IMG/VR virus record: IMGVR_UViG_3300005337_000441
Span: 1 to 64,000 of that record
Strand: one strand, 5' to 3'
Length of the DNA: 64,000 nucleotides
A model generated the notes under the pieces. The model was not told the origin of the DNA and did not search any database. It saw only the letters and a list, made by a program, of their open reading frames with translations. A program made the translations under genes and the position numbers. Positions 8,783 through 19,307 of this stretch are shown here, piece by piece; position 1 is the stretch's first letter; each line of letters starts with the position of its first letter.

Positions 8783-11287
8783 ATGAAAATCTTATCCCTT
8801 GAACTCAAGGGGTATAAGCGTTTGAGTCTGAACAAGATCGAGTATCTGAAGTTCACCCCTCAGAGCAAGATCCAACTCATCCTTGGAACCAATGGCAGCG
8901 GCAAGTCTTCGCTGCTCAAGGAACTCACGCCCCTACCCGCCACGCCTGGTGAATACCACAAGGGTGGATTTAAGATCATCGAGATCTCTCACAGGAATAG
9001 CCACTACGTGTTGAAAAGCCTATTCAACACCAATGGCAACCGCTTTCACTTCATCAAGGACGGTGTCGACCTGATGGGTGACGGTGGTACTGCAACCGTG
9101 TACCGGGACCTCGTCAAGCAAGAGTTTGGTGTCACGGCCGACATCCACAAGCTCTTGATCGGTGCGATCAAATTCACCGAGATCGATGCGAGCAAGCGTC
9201 GTGGCTGGATGACGCAGTTCTCGGATGCGGACTACACGTACGCCTTCCGCTACTACCAGCGACTGAAGGATCAGCATCGCGACATCGTCGGCGCCGTCAA
9301 GCTCCAGCAAGCCCGTCTGGTTCAGGAGTCTGAAAAGCTCCTGAAGCCTGAAGAGGAAGCGCGCTACCGTGAAGACATCCGGGTCTTGAACGAGATTCTG
9401 CATGGCTTCCTGGAAGCGAAGACTCCGGGCACGATGATCAAGACGGAGATCCTGCGCAACATCGAACGTCTGGACGGTGTCATCGAGGAGATCACCAAGA
9501 CGTTGATCAAGTCCCGCGGCAACTTCATGCTGACTCGGGAATCGTTCAGCGATCAAGAAGAGATCACGTCGGCCTCCATCCAGATCCAGGCAGACATCCA
9601 GGCCACGCAACAGCTGATCGACAACCTGTGCGAGAAGATCGAGCAGCAGCACAAAGCACTTGCGGCCCTGAAGTCCACCAACGTGCAGTCGATCGCGGAC
9701 ATCGATCGCAACATCGACATCTATCAGATCGCTATCGCCGGTGAGCGCAACAAACTGCACTTTGACTTTGAGTTTGAGGACTCGCAGTCTGTGCTGGACA
9801 GTTTGAACTCGATCTACGAGAACCTCTCGGAAGTCTTGATTCAGATCGAACCCAATCCCGAGCGCACGTTCTCTCGTGAGAACTACATCGCCACTGTCGA
9901 GCGGGTGAAGCAGCAGCAACTCACGCTCGCCGAGATCGAACGCCAGCAGGCTCAAGGCGAAGCAAAAAAGAAAGAACTCGAACACCTCAGGACCCACGAC
10001 AAGACGGAATGTCCCAAGTGCAACCACGTCTGGTACAAGGGTTACGACGAAGTTTCGTACAACCGTCTCGTAAAAGAACTTGCCCATGCGTCTAAAACGC
10101 ACGAGAAGCTCTCAGGAGAGCATAAAGCAGACCAGGAACACCTAGAGAAGGCCAAGACCTATCAGGACCTCTATCGGGCTTATATCACGATCACTCGTGC
10201 GGTGCCCAGTCTCACGCCGTTCTGGGATCACATCGTCGAAGAGAACCTCATCTTCGAGAACCCTCGTGCGATTGTGACCAAGATGGAGTCGCTGCGCGCC
10301 GATCTCATGGTCGGTGTGAAGGTGGCAGAGTTCAAAGCCAAGTTCAAAGAGAACCTGGACTTGAAGATCTTGCTCTCTCGGGACCAGAACAACAGCTTGC
10401 TGAAGATTCAAGAAGAGTCGGACGCTGCGGACAAGGAACTCTACAACCTCACCCGCAGACTGCAGGACAAAAAGCAACGCCTGGCGGAGCTGAAGCAGCT
10501 TTCTGCTACGGCTGCGTTGGTGGCAAAGAAGGCTGCTGAGCTCGAAGAGCTGCTCAACGCCCGGGATCAATTCTCCGAGAAGCTCCACGAGGGTTTCAAG
10601 CGAGAAGCGCTCAACGAATGCATCATGCTCACGCAAGATGTGTTGGCCAATCGGGAACAAGCAATCTCCAAGATCAACATCCAAAAGGCGTTGGTCGAGA
10701 GCATCCAGACGCAGATCGCCGAACTCACCGAGAAGGGTGGTGTGCTGAAGCTTGCGGTGCAAGAGCTCTCTCCCACGGAAGGCTTGATCGCCAAGGGGTT
10801 GACTGGCTTCATCAACCACTTCGTCGCTCAGGTCAACAGCTTCATCAAGAAGGTGTGGCTGTACCCGATGGAGCTCATCCCCATCCAACCCGATGAGGAC
10901 GAGGACTTGGATCTGGACTACAAGTTCCAAGTCTGTGTCAATGACGACAAAGCCAACCCCATTCCGGACATTGCTGACACAAGTTCTGGGATGAAGGAGA
11001 TCATTGACTTGGCGTTCCGTATCGTGAGCATGCAGTACCTGAAGCTCAACGAGTCGCCCATTTACCTGGACGAGTTCGGCAAGGCTTTGGACAGCGCTCA
11101 CCGCGACAGCGTCCACTACGTCATCACCAACCTCTTGACGTCAGCGAACTTCAGCCAGATTTACATGATCTCTCACTACGAACATTCGTACGGGAGTCTG
11201 GCCAACACTGACATCATGGTCCTGTGTGAACAAAACATCCAGCTCGCTCCTGGATCAGTCTTCAATAAACATGTCGAAATGAAATAA
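8783..11287 (+). CDS. sbcC: SbcC/Rad50-like SMC ATPase (phiKZ gp165-like)
   Basis: Walker A GTNGSGKSS, coiled coils with central CPKC zinc hook, signature SSGMKE, Walker B IYLDEFGKALD. Confidence 0.9.
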   Translation: MKILSLELKGYKRLSLNKIEYLKFTPQSKIQLILGTNGSGKSSLLKELTPLPATPGEYHKGGFKIIEISHRNSHYVLKSLFNTNGNRFHFIKDGVDLMGDGGTATVYRDLVKQEFGVTADIHKLLIGAIKFTEIDASKRRGWMTQFSDADYTYAFRYYQRLKDQHRDIVGAVKLQQARLVQESEKLLKPEEEARYREDIRVLNEILHGFLEAKTPGTMIKTEILRNIERLDGVIEEITKTLIKSRGNFMLTRESFSDQEEITSASIQIQADIQATQQLIDNLCEKIEQQHKALAALKSTNVQSIADIDRNIDIYQIAIAGERNKLHFDFEFEDSQSVLDSLNSIYENLSEVLIQIEPNPERTFSRENYIATVERVKQQQLTLAEIERQQAQGEAKKKELEHLRTHDKTECPKCNHVWYKGYDEVSYNRLVKELAHASKTHEKLSGEHKADQEHLEKAKTYQDLYRAYITITRAVPSLTPFWDHIVEENLIFENPRAIVTKMESLRADLMVGVKVAEFKAKFKENLDLKILLSRDQNNSLLKIQEESDAADKELYNLTRRLQDKKQRLAELKQLSATAALVAKKAAELEELLNARDQFSEKLHEGFKREALNECIMLTQDVLANREQAISKINIQKALVESIQTQIAELTEKGGVLKLAVQELSPTEGLIAKGLTGFINHFVAQVNSFIKKVWLYPMELIPIQPDEDEDLDLDYKFQVCVNDDKANPIPDIADTSSGMKEIIDLAFRIVSMQYLKLNESPIYLDEFGKALDSAHRDSVHYVITNLLTSANFSQIYMISHYEHSYGSLANTDIMVLCEQNIQLAPGSVFNKHVEMK

Positions 11288-11289
11288 AC

Positions 11290-11772
11290 ATGACGCAAGA
11301 AACTCAACAGAAAGAACAGGAGGGTCGCTTCTATGACCCTAACCTGCTGGTGCAGTGGTTCAAGAACGGGGATCACCCCGAGGACAACTGCGAGGTCTAC
11401 GCCGACGGTCCCTTTAAGGGCATGAAGAAGGAAGGGCACGTTGTGCGCTACTTCCGTATGCCCGGCATCGGTGACCAAGCCTGTCCGAAGTGTTCCAAGG
11501 ACTACGACGACCACGGCTTCATCGAGCACGCTCGCAACGCGAATGACAGCGAAGCCGGTCCCAACTACCCTGGCATGGTCTGTCCCGGTGACTGGGTGCT
11601 CAAGACGGTCGTCACGCCGGGTGCTGAACGCTACGTCGTCAAGCGTCCCGATGAAGTCATGAACCTGGGACGTTCAAGCTACTACGCCGCTCCTTCGACG
11701 CCGCCGTCGCCGGAGTCCAAGGAAGAACCGGGCTTCATCAAGCGTATCATCCATCGCATCACCGGCCGATAA
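11290..11772 (+). CDS. Conserved phage hypothetical protein (WFKNGDHP / CxxC..HG / CPGDW family)
   Basis: WFKNGDHPED...EGHVVRYFR...CPKC...DHG...VCPGDWV resembles a widespread phage family of unknown function (recognised from memory). Confidence 0.6.
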   Translation: MTQETQQKEQEGRFYDPNLLVQWFKNGDHPEDNCEVYADGPFKGMKKEGHVVRYFRMPGIGDQACPKCSKDYDDHGFIEHARNANDSEAGPNYPGMVCPGDWVLKTVVTPGAERYVVKRPDEVMNLGRSSYYAAPSTPPSPESKEEPGFIKRIIHRITGR

Positions 11773-11776
11773 GCCG

Positions 11777-11828
11777 ACAGCATACACCCCTGGGAGGCCC
11801 GAAGGCTCCCAGGGGTGATGTGCCGTCA
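11777..11828. terminator. Bidirectional hairpin with flanking conserved motif
   Basis: ACAGCATA-CACCCCTGGGAG..CGAA..CTCCCAGGGGTG-ATGTGCCGTCA. Confidence 0.8.
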
Positions 11829-12467
11829 CGGCGGAGGAGCGTTGGCGAGGATGTAGGTCTGCAGACTATCGATGATCTGGTTGGCGCCTTCGAGATCTTG
11901 CAGGGTCTTCATGTAACGGGAGCGGTCGGTCGTGGCAGCGCCCGAAATCGCATCGCGTTCAGCCTGCTTGTTCTCGTGCTTGTCGCTCGGAACAAGCGTG
12001 ATCTTGGAGGTCTCCACGATGTTGACCACGCAGTCCACGCCCAGCGTGTCGCGGATCAGATTCTGCATGTCCGTGATGACGTTGGTGTAGTCACGGTTGG
12101 CAGGCATCGCAGGCAGCTGTACTGCAAACGCCATCGTGCGGTAAGGGATACCGTTGGTCGATGGGAAAGAGATGTTGTAGTGATCAGGGACGTACAGCCA
12201 CTGACCCGTCTCGGCTTGCAGCGAGAGGATGAAAGCGTCTCGGGCGACGTCTGCATCGTAGACGTCTTCCGGGATCTGGTTCTTAGCGTAGATGTCCGTC
12301 TTGACGTCTTCGTTGGCCGCGATGTAGTCGCTGATCCGACGCACCGCTTGACACGTATAGCGAACGTTCTTCGCCATCAGTGTTGCAAACGGTTCACGCA
12401 AGTCGAAGTATCCACTCATCCCGACAGTCGGGATGATGAAGTCCGGTGGAGTGGGTGAGGTCGCCAT
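11826..12467 (-). CDS. Putative virion structural protein (213 aa)
   Basis: Coding-like codon use; co-oriented with 12471..13808; position matches the phiKZ-like structural pair next to SbcC. Confidence 0.6.
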   Translation of the reverse strand: MATSPTPPDFIIPTVGMSGYFDLREPFATLMAKNVRYTCQAVRRISDYIAANEDVKTDIYAKNQIPEDVYDADVARDAFILSLQAETGQWLYVPDHYNISFPSTNGIPYRTMAFAVQLPAMPANRDYTNVITDMQNLIRDTLGVDCVVNIVETSKITLVPSDKHENKQAERDAISGAATTDRSRYMKTLQDLEGANQIIDSLQTYILANAPPP

Positions 12468-12470
12468 GGA

Positions 12471-13808
12471 TTACGGAGTCGGTGTCGGGTAGATGCTCGT
12501 GTTCGAACGCGCAGCCACCAGGAAGTTGATGTTGTCGTACATGCCCGAGATGAAGAGCACACCACCGCGGTTTTGCTTGCGCATGTTCTGCGGAATGGCA
12601 CTGTAGGGCGTGGCCGTTTCCGCCACCAGCAGGAGCTGCTGCACGAAGAGCACCCATTCACGGGTGTGGATCGTCATGCGGTTGAAGTCCTGCGACGTGG
12701 AGGGCACCGGCAGGTAGTCCGGGAAGACCTGATCCAGACGCGCCGCTTCGGTCACGTTGGTGTCACCATTGACCGAGACCATCATGAGGGTCTTGTAGTC
12801 ATAGGGCCATACGAGCGTGTTCTGTTCGATGAACTGGTCCGTGTAGTAGTCGATGGCGTTCTTGGCGAAAGCCACGCACTCCACCGGATCCATCATGGAC
12901 TTGTAGAGGCTGGACTGCCACGTCTGGTTGGGAACAGCGAGCTTGTCCCAGCGCGGGAAGATCGTGAACTGCGTGCGCTTGAAGAGATCCGGCAGGATCA
13001 CTTCCCACTCGGCCTGGCTGTGGCTGCTGTGGCTGAGCACGTACTCGACGATCGCATCCTTGATGGCGTCGATGTTGTCGCCAGCTTGGCCGTAGATCAG
13101 CACGCCCCAGTTGGTGGGATAGGTCTGCGACTGGTTGAGATGGTTGTGGAACGCGTAGGTCTGCAGGCGCACCACCGTCTCGGGATTGGTCTCCAGTTTC
13201 GCAGCTTGGATCTTGTCCATGAACTGCGAGGTGGACGTCTGCTGCAGCTCCTGTACGACGTTGCCGAACGCGTTGAAGAAGTGGTCCAGGTTGTTCAGCG
13301 GCGTGACGACGTCGATCGCGTACTCGTCGTACTGGATGCGGAAGGACTGGTCAGCCAACCAGACCTTGACCTTGTTGTTCATCTCGGCCGGTGTGGCTTG
13401 GTCGATGTTTTCCCAGGAGATCCAGTCCGGCAGCGCGAGCGTGCCATTATCCACGAAATCTCCGAATTCGAGATTCTGGATTTTCTGGAAATACACATTC
13501 AAGATGGTATTCTTGAAATCCTGTGCATCGTAGGGTCGGATGTGAGTCGACGCGTAACTGTAGCACTCACGGATGATGCCCAGAATCTGTTTGACCTGAT
13601 CCTGTGAGATGACGACCGCGACGTTGGTGCTTTCCTCCACCGCGCGGAACGACGTGAAGCCGTAACCGGCCACGCTCGGATCGAGGTACTCACCCTTTTC
13701 TTTGCTGTAGGTCCGGGACCACTGCGACAACTCGCCCAGGATGGCCGTCTGGCCAGGGGTGTTGTTCACGTACTGGGTGATAGTGCCGAAGCCTTTGATG
13801 ATTTGCAT
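12471..13808 (-). CDS. Putative virion structural protein (phiKZ gp157-like, 445 aa)
   Basis: LGELS..S.TYSKEKGEY N-terminal motif, size and synteny. Confidence 0.6.
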   Translation of the reverse strand: MQIIKGFGTITQYVNNTPGQTAILGELSQWSRTYSKEKGEYLDPSVAGYGFTSFRAVEESTNVAVVISQDQVKQILGIIRECYSYASTHIRPYDAQDFKNTILNVYFQKIQNLEFGDFVDNGTLALPDWISWENIDQATPAEMNNKVKVWLADQSFRIQYDEYAIDVVTPLNNLDHFFNAFGNVVQELQQTSTSQFMDKIQAAKLETNPETVVRLQTYAFHNHLNQSQTYPTNWGVLIYGQAGDNIDAIKDAIVEYVLSHSSHSQAEWEVILPDLFKRTQFTIFPRWDKLAVPNQTWQSSLYKSMMDPVECVAFAKNAIDYYTDQFIEQNTLVWPYDYKTLMMVSVNGDTNVTEAARLDQVFPDYLPVPSTSQDFNRMTIHTREWVLFVQQLLLVAETATPYSAIPQNMRKQNRGGVLFISGMYDNINFLVAARSNTSIYPTPTP

Positions 13809-13846
13809 GAGGGCTGCCTTAGCTGAAAAACGAATAGAGGAAGGAC

Positions 13847-14164
13847 ATGTTTCGCATTATCACGATGCTCGTCTACTTCTTCCGGGAATTGATTTTCGAA
13901 TCGAAGGAAGAGTACGACTTCAAGAGCCGTAAGTTCAACTCGAAAAAGGTATTGCTGTTCATTTTGGTTCTGTTGAGCTTCACCGCCAACATGTTCTTCG
14001 TGAACCGCATCTACCACCTGGCTGTCGACAATGCCAAGCTCCGCAAAGAATTGCGAGACGCTGGACACCTTGTCAGCCAGGGAAAAAACTCTCCCACAGT
14101 GTCATCTGATAGCGGGAAGACAGTACTAAATGCAGCGGCATCCGCACCACAGCGGGTCCCCTGA
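13847..14164 (+). CDS. Small membrane protein (single hydrophobic helix plus short coiled coil)
   Basis: RBS GAGGAAGG; KKVLLFILVLLSFTANMFFV hydrophobic segment after basic patch. Confidence 0.6.
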   Translation: MFRIITMLVYFFRELIFESKEEYDFKSRKFNSKKVLLFILVLLSFTANMFFVNRIYHLAVDNAKLRKELRDAGHLVSQGKNSPTVSSDSGKTVLNAAASAPQRVP

Positions 14165-14246
14165 GAACAACAGTTGAGCGTGTGGGGCTTTGTGTGAAAA
14201 CTCAGCCCCATATACTCTACTGGAGAAACAGCGAAAGAGAGTTCAC

Positions 14247-15827
14247 ATGCAAGAAGAAATCGAAGTCGTCGAACCCTCCGAGACATCGGAGGGGCTTATG
14301 CCTTCAACTTTGGATGCTTCCGTACAAGACGTTGACATCAACCTTGGTCTCGTGGCTTACACAGACGGCAGCTGCTGGCCCACCAGCAATGGTTACATGG
14401 GCTGGGGTGTACACGGTTACACCTATCCGGTTGAAGAAGTCTCGACGCCGGTGATGGTCATGGACTATCACCACACCGACTGCGGTTACCGTAAGAAAAA
14501 CGAATTGGGCTGGAAGTTCGGCTCGCAGACACCGAAGTTCGTGGTACCCCAGGCCTACCTGGATTTCATGGGTTCGAGCCTCAAGCTCGGCACCAACAAC
14601 ATCGCCGAGATCCACGCCGTCACCAAGACGCTGCAATACGCACTGGACAACAAGGTCGTGCGCATCACGATCTTCGCTGACAGCGAGTACACCCGTCAAA
14701 GCCTCATGCAGTGGTGTCCGGGCTGGGAGCGCAACGGCTGGATCAAGCACGACGGCCGGGAAGTGGCCAACAAGGAAGATTGGAAGGTCGCCTACTCGCT
14801 GCTCAAGCAGTACAAGGAAAAGGGCGGCAAGATCCAGATGTTCCACATCAAGGCCCACACGGGCTTGGTGGGTAACGTCCAAGCGGACGCGCTGGCCGGC
14901 ATCGCTGCCAACTATTCCACGGCTGGCATCTTTCACGAAACCCTGCATACCACACCGGTCAAGGGCTACTGGAAGCTCGATGCAGACCGCAACCCGCTCC
15001 TGAATTTCAAGCGCGTTTACTTCAACAGCAACGAGAAGTACAACACGCCTGGCACCTACTTCCAGGCTGACACCGGTGCGGCCGATCACCTCATCGGCAA
15101 GCGCATCCCGGAAACGGGCCTGTCCATCTTGAAGCTCAATGAGCCGGTCAAGGTGATCGAGGACGTCAAGAGGCGCCAGTACGACGTCGCTCAAGAGGTC
15201 AACACCATCATCATGATGAAGTTGGACCGTGTCTACGACAAGGAGATCTACCCCTACCTTCAAGAGCACAGCCACCTGGCTCTGCGCCCGGGTAAGGGCA
15301 ACCTGAACCTCAACTGGTTCGACCGCAAGCCCGTGACGGTGGAGATTGGCACCACCGGACTCTCGATGCGCGCCATCGACTGCTTCAACATGCTCGAAGA
15401 GCTGCTGGGTAAGTTCCAGGCCAACATCAAGGGTGAAACTAAAAACACAGGAGAAGGCAATCCTGTGAACGTCCATGACATCACTTCGGAGTTCTACGAG
15501 TACAACGAAGTGCAAGTCCGCAAGGACCGCGTCATGAAGTGCACGTTGAAGCCCGAATTTGGGGTTGGCTTCGCGGACATGACTCTGTACATCGACGAGC
15601 CCCACGAGGACTCTACGGTGAAACTCAAGGTGCCACTCATCTTGGGTACAGACCTTCTGCCCCGCAACAACCTCAAGAAGATTGAGTCGCTCAATCCCAA
15701 GGTGTACCTAATCACATGGAGAGAGTCTTCTCAATCGGTCCGATACGCCACCGCTATCACGTGTGATGCGGGTATCGGGATCTGGTCCAATTTCTTTGCG
15801 GACCGGATCTTTTTCAGCAAACCTTAA
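14247..15827 (+). CDS. rnhA: Ribonuclease HI with long C-terminal extension (phiKZ gp155-like)
   Basis: YTDGSC, TNNIAEI, FADSEY, HIKAHTG...GNVQADALA RNase HI catalytic motifs. Confidence 0.9.
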   Translation: MQEEIEVVEPSETSEGLMPSTLDASVQDVDINLGLVAYTDGSCWPTSNGYMGWGVHGYTYPVEEVSTPVMVMDYHHTDCGYRKKNELGWKFGSQTPKFVVPQAYLDFMGSSLKLGTNNIAEIHAVTKTLQYALDNKVVRITIFADSEYTRQSLMQWCPGWERNGWIKHDGREVANKEDWKVAYSLLKQYKEKGGKIQMFHIKAHTGLVGNVQADALAGIAANYSTAGIFHETLHTTPVKGYWKLDADRNPLLNFKRVYFNSNEKYNTPGTYFQADTGAADHLIGKRIPETGLSILKLNEPVKVIEDVKRRQYDVAQEVNTIIMMKLDRVYDKEIYPYLQEHSHLALRPGKGNLNLNWFDRKPVTVEIGTTGLSMRAIDCFNMLEELLGKFQANIKGETKNTGEGNPVNVHDITSEFYEYNEVQVRKDRVMKCTLKPEFGVGFADMTLYIDEPHEDSTVKLKVPLILGTDLLPRNNLKKIESLNPKVYLITWRESSQSVRYATAITCDAGIGIWSNFFADRIFFSKP

Positions 15828-15839
15828 CCCCTTCTTCCA

Positions 15840-16304
15840 ATGGTCCCAAGCGCCACCACGAGATCGGGCTCCTTCATCGAGAGGCGTGTCCTCTCGAAGT
15901 TGCCCCGCCGCATCAAGCGGATGATCTACGTGTCGAGCATTTTTGGCCTCATCCATGACGCCAAGAATCCCGACATGGAACTCGTGCGCAAGTTGAATGA
16001 CCTCATTCACTTGTCTCGCAGCGAAAAAACCTGCGAATTGCCCATCCACGTCCGTAAAACGATTTGGAAGAACCTCGATGTTCGCAATGTGAACATCAGC
16101 AACGACAGAGCGATCCCTTTGAACACTGTGATCCAAAGTGATCTGTCCATCGAAAACTGCGACGCAATCGGCAAGATGCTGGCCGCCGCCGCACCGCAAT
16201 GGCTGAATTACGGATCCATCGCCACCATGGCAACAGATGTGATCGTGCTGATCAAGCAGCTGAAAAAGCTTCACGGGCAAACACGTGTCGCCGCTCCCGC
16301 ATAG
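15840..16304 (+). CDS. Hypothetical protein (154 aa)
   Basis: ORF fills gap between RNase H and convergent terminator. Confidence 0.55.
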   Translation: MVPSATTRSGSFIERRVLSKLPRRIKRMIYVSSIFGLIHDAKNPDMELVRKLNDLIHLSRSEKTCELPIHVRKTIWKNLDVRNVNISNDRAIPLNTVIQSDLSIENCDAIGKMLAAAAPQWLNYGSIATMATDVIVLIKQLKKLHGQTRVAAPA

Positions 16305-16351
16305 GTTATTTCCGCCTTCAGGAAATGTGTGTCCACTCGTGCGACACACAA

Positions 16352-16407
16352 GCTATCCCAGCGCCCTGCAAAGGGTCGCTGGGATAGCACCTATGCCGTT
16401 TCTTTTT
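16352..16407. terminator. Hairpin at convergent junction with TATGCCGT motif
   Basis: GCTATCCCAGCG...CGCTGGGATAGC-ACCTATGCCGT-TTCTTTTT; second small hairpin TGTGTGTC/GACACACA just upstream. Confidence 0.75.
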
Positions 16408-16419
16408 CAACGGGTGGAT

Positions 16420-17280
16420 TTAGAGGATCTCGCTGAGCTGCTTGACCAGCTTGGCACTGGTGGCCACGGCTTGGTCAACCATGTTGCGGTACAGGGCGAC
16501 GAGTTCGACGTACTTGCCGAGCTCGAAAGCACCTTGGGAGATGTTCATCGCGGCGTTGCCGCTCACGTTGTCCACGCCTTCGGAAGTGGTTTGCTTGACC
16601 ACGATGGCCAGCAGATCGCACGACTTGTGCACCGCAGAGGCGAATTCCTTCAGGCTGTGGTCCCTGCGGTCGCGATCGAGCTTGTCGACCATGGCCACGA
16701 TCTGTTCGAGCTCGGCAAAGCGAGCAACGATTTGACCCAGGCGCTTCTTGGGGGTGACCTGCGTGCCGGGGAAGAACTCCTTCACTCGGGCGGTGATCTC
16801 TTCACGGCGCTTTTCAACACGGCGAAAAAGATCAGAATGGTCTTTAAGCGACGTCTTAGCGTCCTTGTTAGAGATGAAAGTCGAGAGAACACCGTTGTAC
16901 TCCCCGATGGTTTGGAGGGCCTCCCGGAACATTTCTTCGGACACGCTGTGCAGGAAGACGACGTAGTCGTGCAAGCTGCCTTCGAAGCCCTCAGGCACCG
17001 AGACGACGGTGGAGGTGTAGTTGAGATAGACCGCATGCGGCAGCTTCGTCTCCAGGCGACGGAAGTCCGAATGCATCTCGCGTACTTGGACGCTCAGATC
17101 GCTGGAACCCAGCAGGTCTTTGTAACCACCGACGAGATGCTCGACGAGGTTGGGGATGGTGTTGCGAAACAGGTCCGCAACGTTGGCTGTGAAGCCCGAT
17201 TCCAGTGCGAGGCGGCGCATCTGAGCATCGAGCGGGAGAGTGGTATTCTGATTGAGGACTGCCGCTGCGAGAGTGCGCAT
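16420..17280 (-). CDS. Putative virion head protein (phiKZ gp153-like)
   Basis: N-terminal ALES fits the S/A/G-x-E prohead-protease site consensus; synteny next to UvsX. Confidence 0.6.
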   Translation of the reverse strand: MRTLAAAVLNQNTTLPLDAQMRRLALESGFTANVADLFRNTIPNLVEHLVGGYKDLLGSSDLSVQVREMHSDFRRLETKLPHAVYLNYTSTVVSVPEGFEGSLHDYVVFLHSVSEEMFREALQTIGEYNGVLSTFISNKDAKTSLKDHSDLFRRVEKRREEITARVKEFFPGTQVTPKKRLGQIVARFAELEQIVAMVDKLDRDRRDHSLKEFASAVHKSCDLLAIVVKQTTSEGVDNVSGNAAMNISQGAFELGKYVELVALYRNMVDQAVATSAKLVKQLSEIL

Positions 17281-17399
17281 GGAGGGCTCCAGTTTTTAGG
17301 TGGGACGGATAAAAAAGCTTGTACAGGGACCATACTATGAAAACAGTCCGAGCAGGCCTGTATTTTTTACGCTTCGCCGGATAAAACGGAGTTACCGAC

Positions 17400-18848
17400 A
17401 TGTTGCCGAAATCGAACATTGAACCCGCATCTCCCGTCATTCCGCTGATCAACATCGGCGCATGTTTGGACATCCCGACGGGTATCTTCGTCAAGGGTGA
17501 GAAAGGCGAGCACTTGTTGCTCGGCGGCTTGGGACCTGTGACCGGCATCACGGGCAAAGGCAATACCTTCAAGTCCACCGCCATCAACTTCATGTGCATG
17601 AGCGCGCTCGATCGCGTCATGTCCACCGCCGAGAGCCATGTCGAGGACTACGACACTGAGCTCAACAAGGACACCAACCGAGTGGAGAACCTGGCGGGTC
17701 ACTTCGAGAACTTGAAGGGTCGTCGCATCACCGAGGACGGCACCTGGAACCTCACCAACCCGACCAAGTACTACGCCAACAAGTGGTTCGAGGAACTCAA
17801 GGACTACCTGAAGGCCAAGTTCGAAATGAAGGAAGCCTGGGTGGAGCTGCCCTTCATCGGACGCGACGGCAAGCGGCTGAGGATGCTGCTGCCCACCTTC
17901 TCCATGGTGGACTCGTTCTCGCGCTTCGAGACCGAAGATATCGTCAAGATCCAAGACGAGAACGAGCTGGGCGACAGCGGTGGCAACACCATGCACATGC
18001 GTCAGGGTCTGTCCAAAATGAGATTCCTCATGGAGGCCCCAATCCTGTCGAACAAGATGTTCAACTACCTGTTGCTGTCTGCTCACCTCGGCAAGGAAAC
18101 AGCCATCGCCGCTGGCCCCTATGCGCCGCAGCCCGAGAAGAAGCTGCAACACATGAAGATGGGCGACAAGATCAAGGGCGTGACGGACCAGTTCTTCTTC
18201 CTCACGACCAACTTCTGGCAGACCATCTCCAGCGCGCCGTACATCAACCAGACGACCAAGGGACCGGAGTACCCCAAGGACGAGCACGACGTGGCCAACG
18301 ATAGCGGCGAGATCGACCTCGTCACCGTCAACCTGAAGCTGCTGCGTGGCAAGTTCGGGCCTTCGGGCACTGTGGTGGAGCTGGCCGCTTCGCAGCGTGA
18401 CGGCGTGCTGCCCTCGCTCACCGAGTTCCTCCTCATCAAGAACGCAGACCGCTTTGGCCTGGACGGCAATGTTCAGAACTTCTTCTTGACGATGTATCCG
18501 GATGCCAAGCTTTCGCGCACCGTGATCCGTCGCAAGATCGATGCGGACCCCAAACTGCGCCGCGCTCTGAACATCACTTCCGAGTTGTGTCAGATGCGCC
18601 AATTCTATAGAACCATGAAGCCTGAGCTTCTGGAGCCGGCAACGGTCCTCAAGGGTATCCGTGACAACGGATATGACTGGGACTTTATCCTGTCTCAGAC
18701 TCGGGGTTGGTGGACTATCAACAACGACGCTCACCCGCTCTACTTTTTGAGCACGATGGACATCGCTTTGATGTCGGTCGGGGAATACCACCCCTACTGG
18801 CTTGAGGACGATAAAAAGACCATCAAAAAAGAGTACCTCAAGACCTGA
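17400..18848 (+). CDS. uvsX: UvsX/RecA-like recombinase (phiKZ gp152-like)
   Basis: NIGA.LDIPTG, P-loop GITGKGNTFKST, Walker B VDSFS, LRGKFGPSG. Confidence 0.85.
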   Translation: MLPKSNIEPASPVIPLINIGACLDIPTGIFVKGEKGEHLLLGGLGPVTGITGKGNTFKSTAINFMCMSALDRVMSTAESHVEDYDTELNKDTNRVENLAGHFENLKGRRITEDGTWNLTNPTKYYANKWFEELKDYLKAKFEMKEAWVELPFIGRDGKRLRMLLPTFSMVDSFSRFETEDIVKIQDENELGDSGGNTMHMRQGLSKMRFLMEAPILSNKMFNYLLLSAHLGKETAIAAGPYAPQPEKKLQHMKMGDKIKGVTDQFFFLTTNFWQTISSAPYINQTTKGPEYPKDEHDVANDSGEIDLVTVNLKLLRGKFGPSGTVVELAASQRDGVLPSLTEFLLIKNADRFGLDGNVQNFFLTMYPDAKLSRTVIRRKIDADPKLRRALNITSELCQMRQFYRTMKPELLEPATVLKGIRDNGYDWDFILSQTRGWWTINNDAHPLYFLSTMDIALMSVGEYHPYWLEDDKKTIKKEYLKT

Positions 18849-18912
18849 CCCCACCAGACAGACGGGACAATACCCTCCCACCTGTCGGGATTAACTGAAT
18901 GAGAGCCACGCT

Positions 18913-19299
18913 ATGAATGCCGTGCATGATCCGTTGGCGCAGGGGCGCGCCCAATTCTTCCAGCCCAAGCCCGAAGGCGACATCGACCTGGTCGCCGAGG
19001 TCCGCAACCGCCTGATCTCCGCCGGCCTGCTGCGCCAGGCGGAGGCGTTCTACGACACGCACGAACACGTGATCGGTGCCGTGAACAAGGAATCCAGCGT
19101 TCAGCGCCATCTGCTGAACCGCTACTGGAATCTGCAGCTGTCCATGTGCCCGAACAACATGGACGTGCGCTTCTATCTGGTGCCCAACGGCAAGATCGAA
19201 GACTGGCTGCGCCTCTTCAGCGAGAGCGTGATGCCGTTCATCGTGCAGAACCAGCTGCCGCGCGCCGTGCAGGCTGTGCCTGTCAACGAAGGCGTCTGA
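18913..19299 (+). CDS. Conserved hypothetical protein (128 aa)
   Basis: Strong codon bias; operon with vRNAP fragment. Confidence 0.65.
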   Translation: MNAVHDPLAQGRAQFFQPKPEGDIDLVAEVRNRLISAGLLRQAEAFYDTHEHVIGAVNKESSVQRHLLNRYWNLQLSMCPNNMDVRFYLVPNGKIEDWLRLFSESVMPFIVQNQLPRAVQAVPVNEGV

Positions 19300-19307
19300 G
19301 CGACGCC

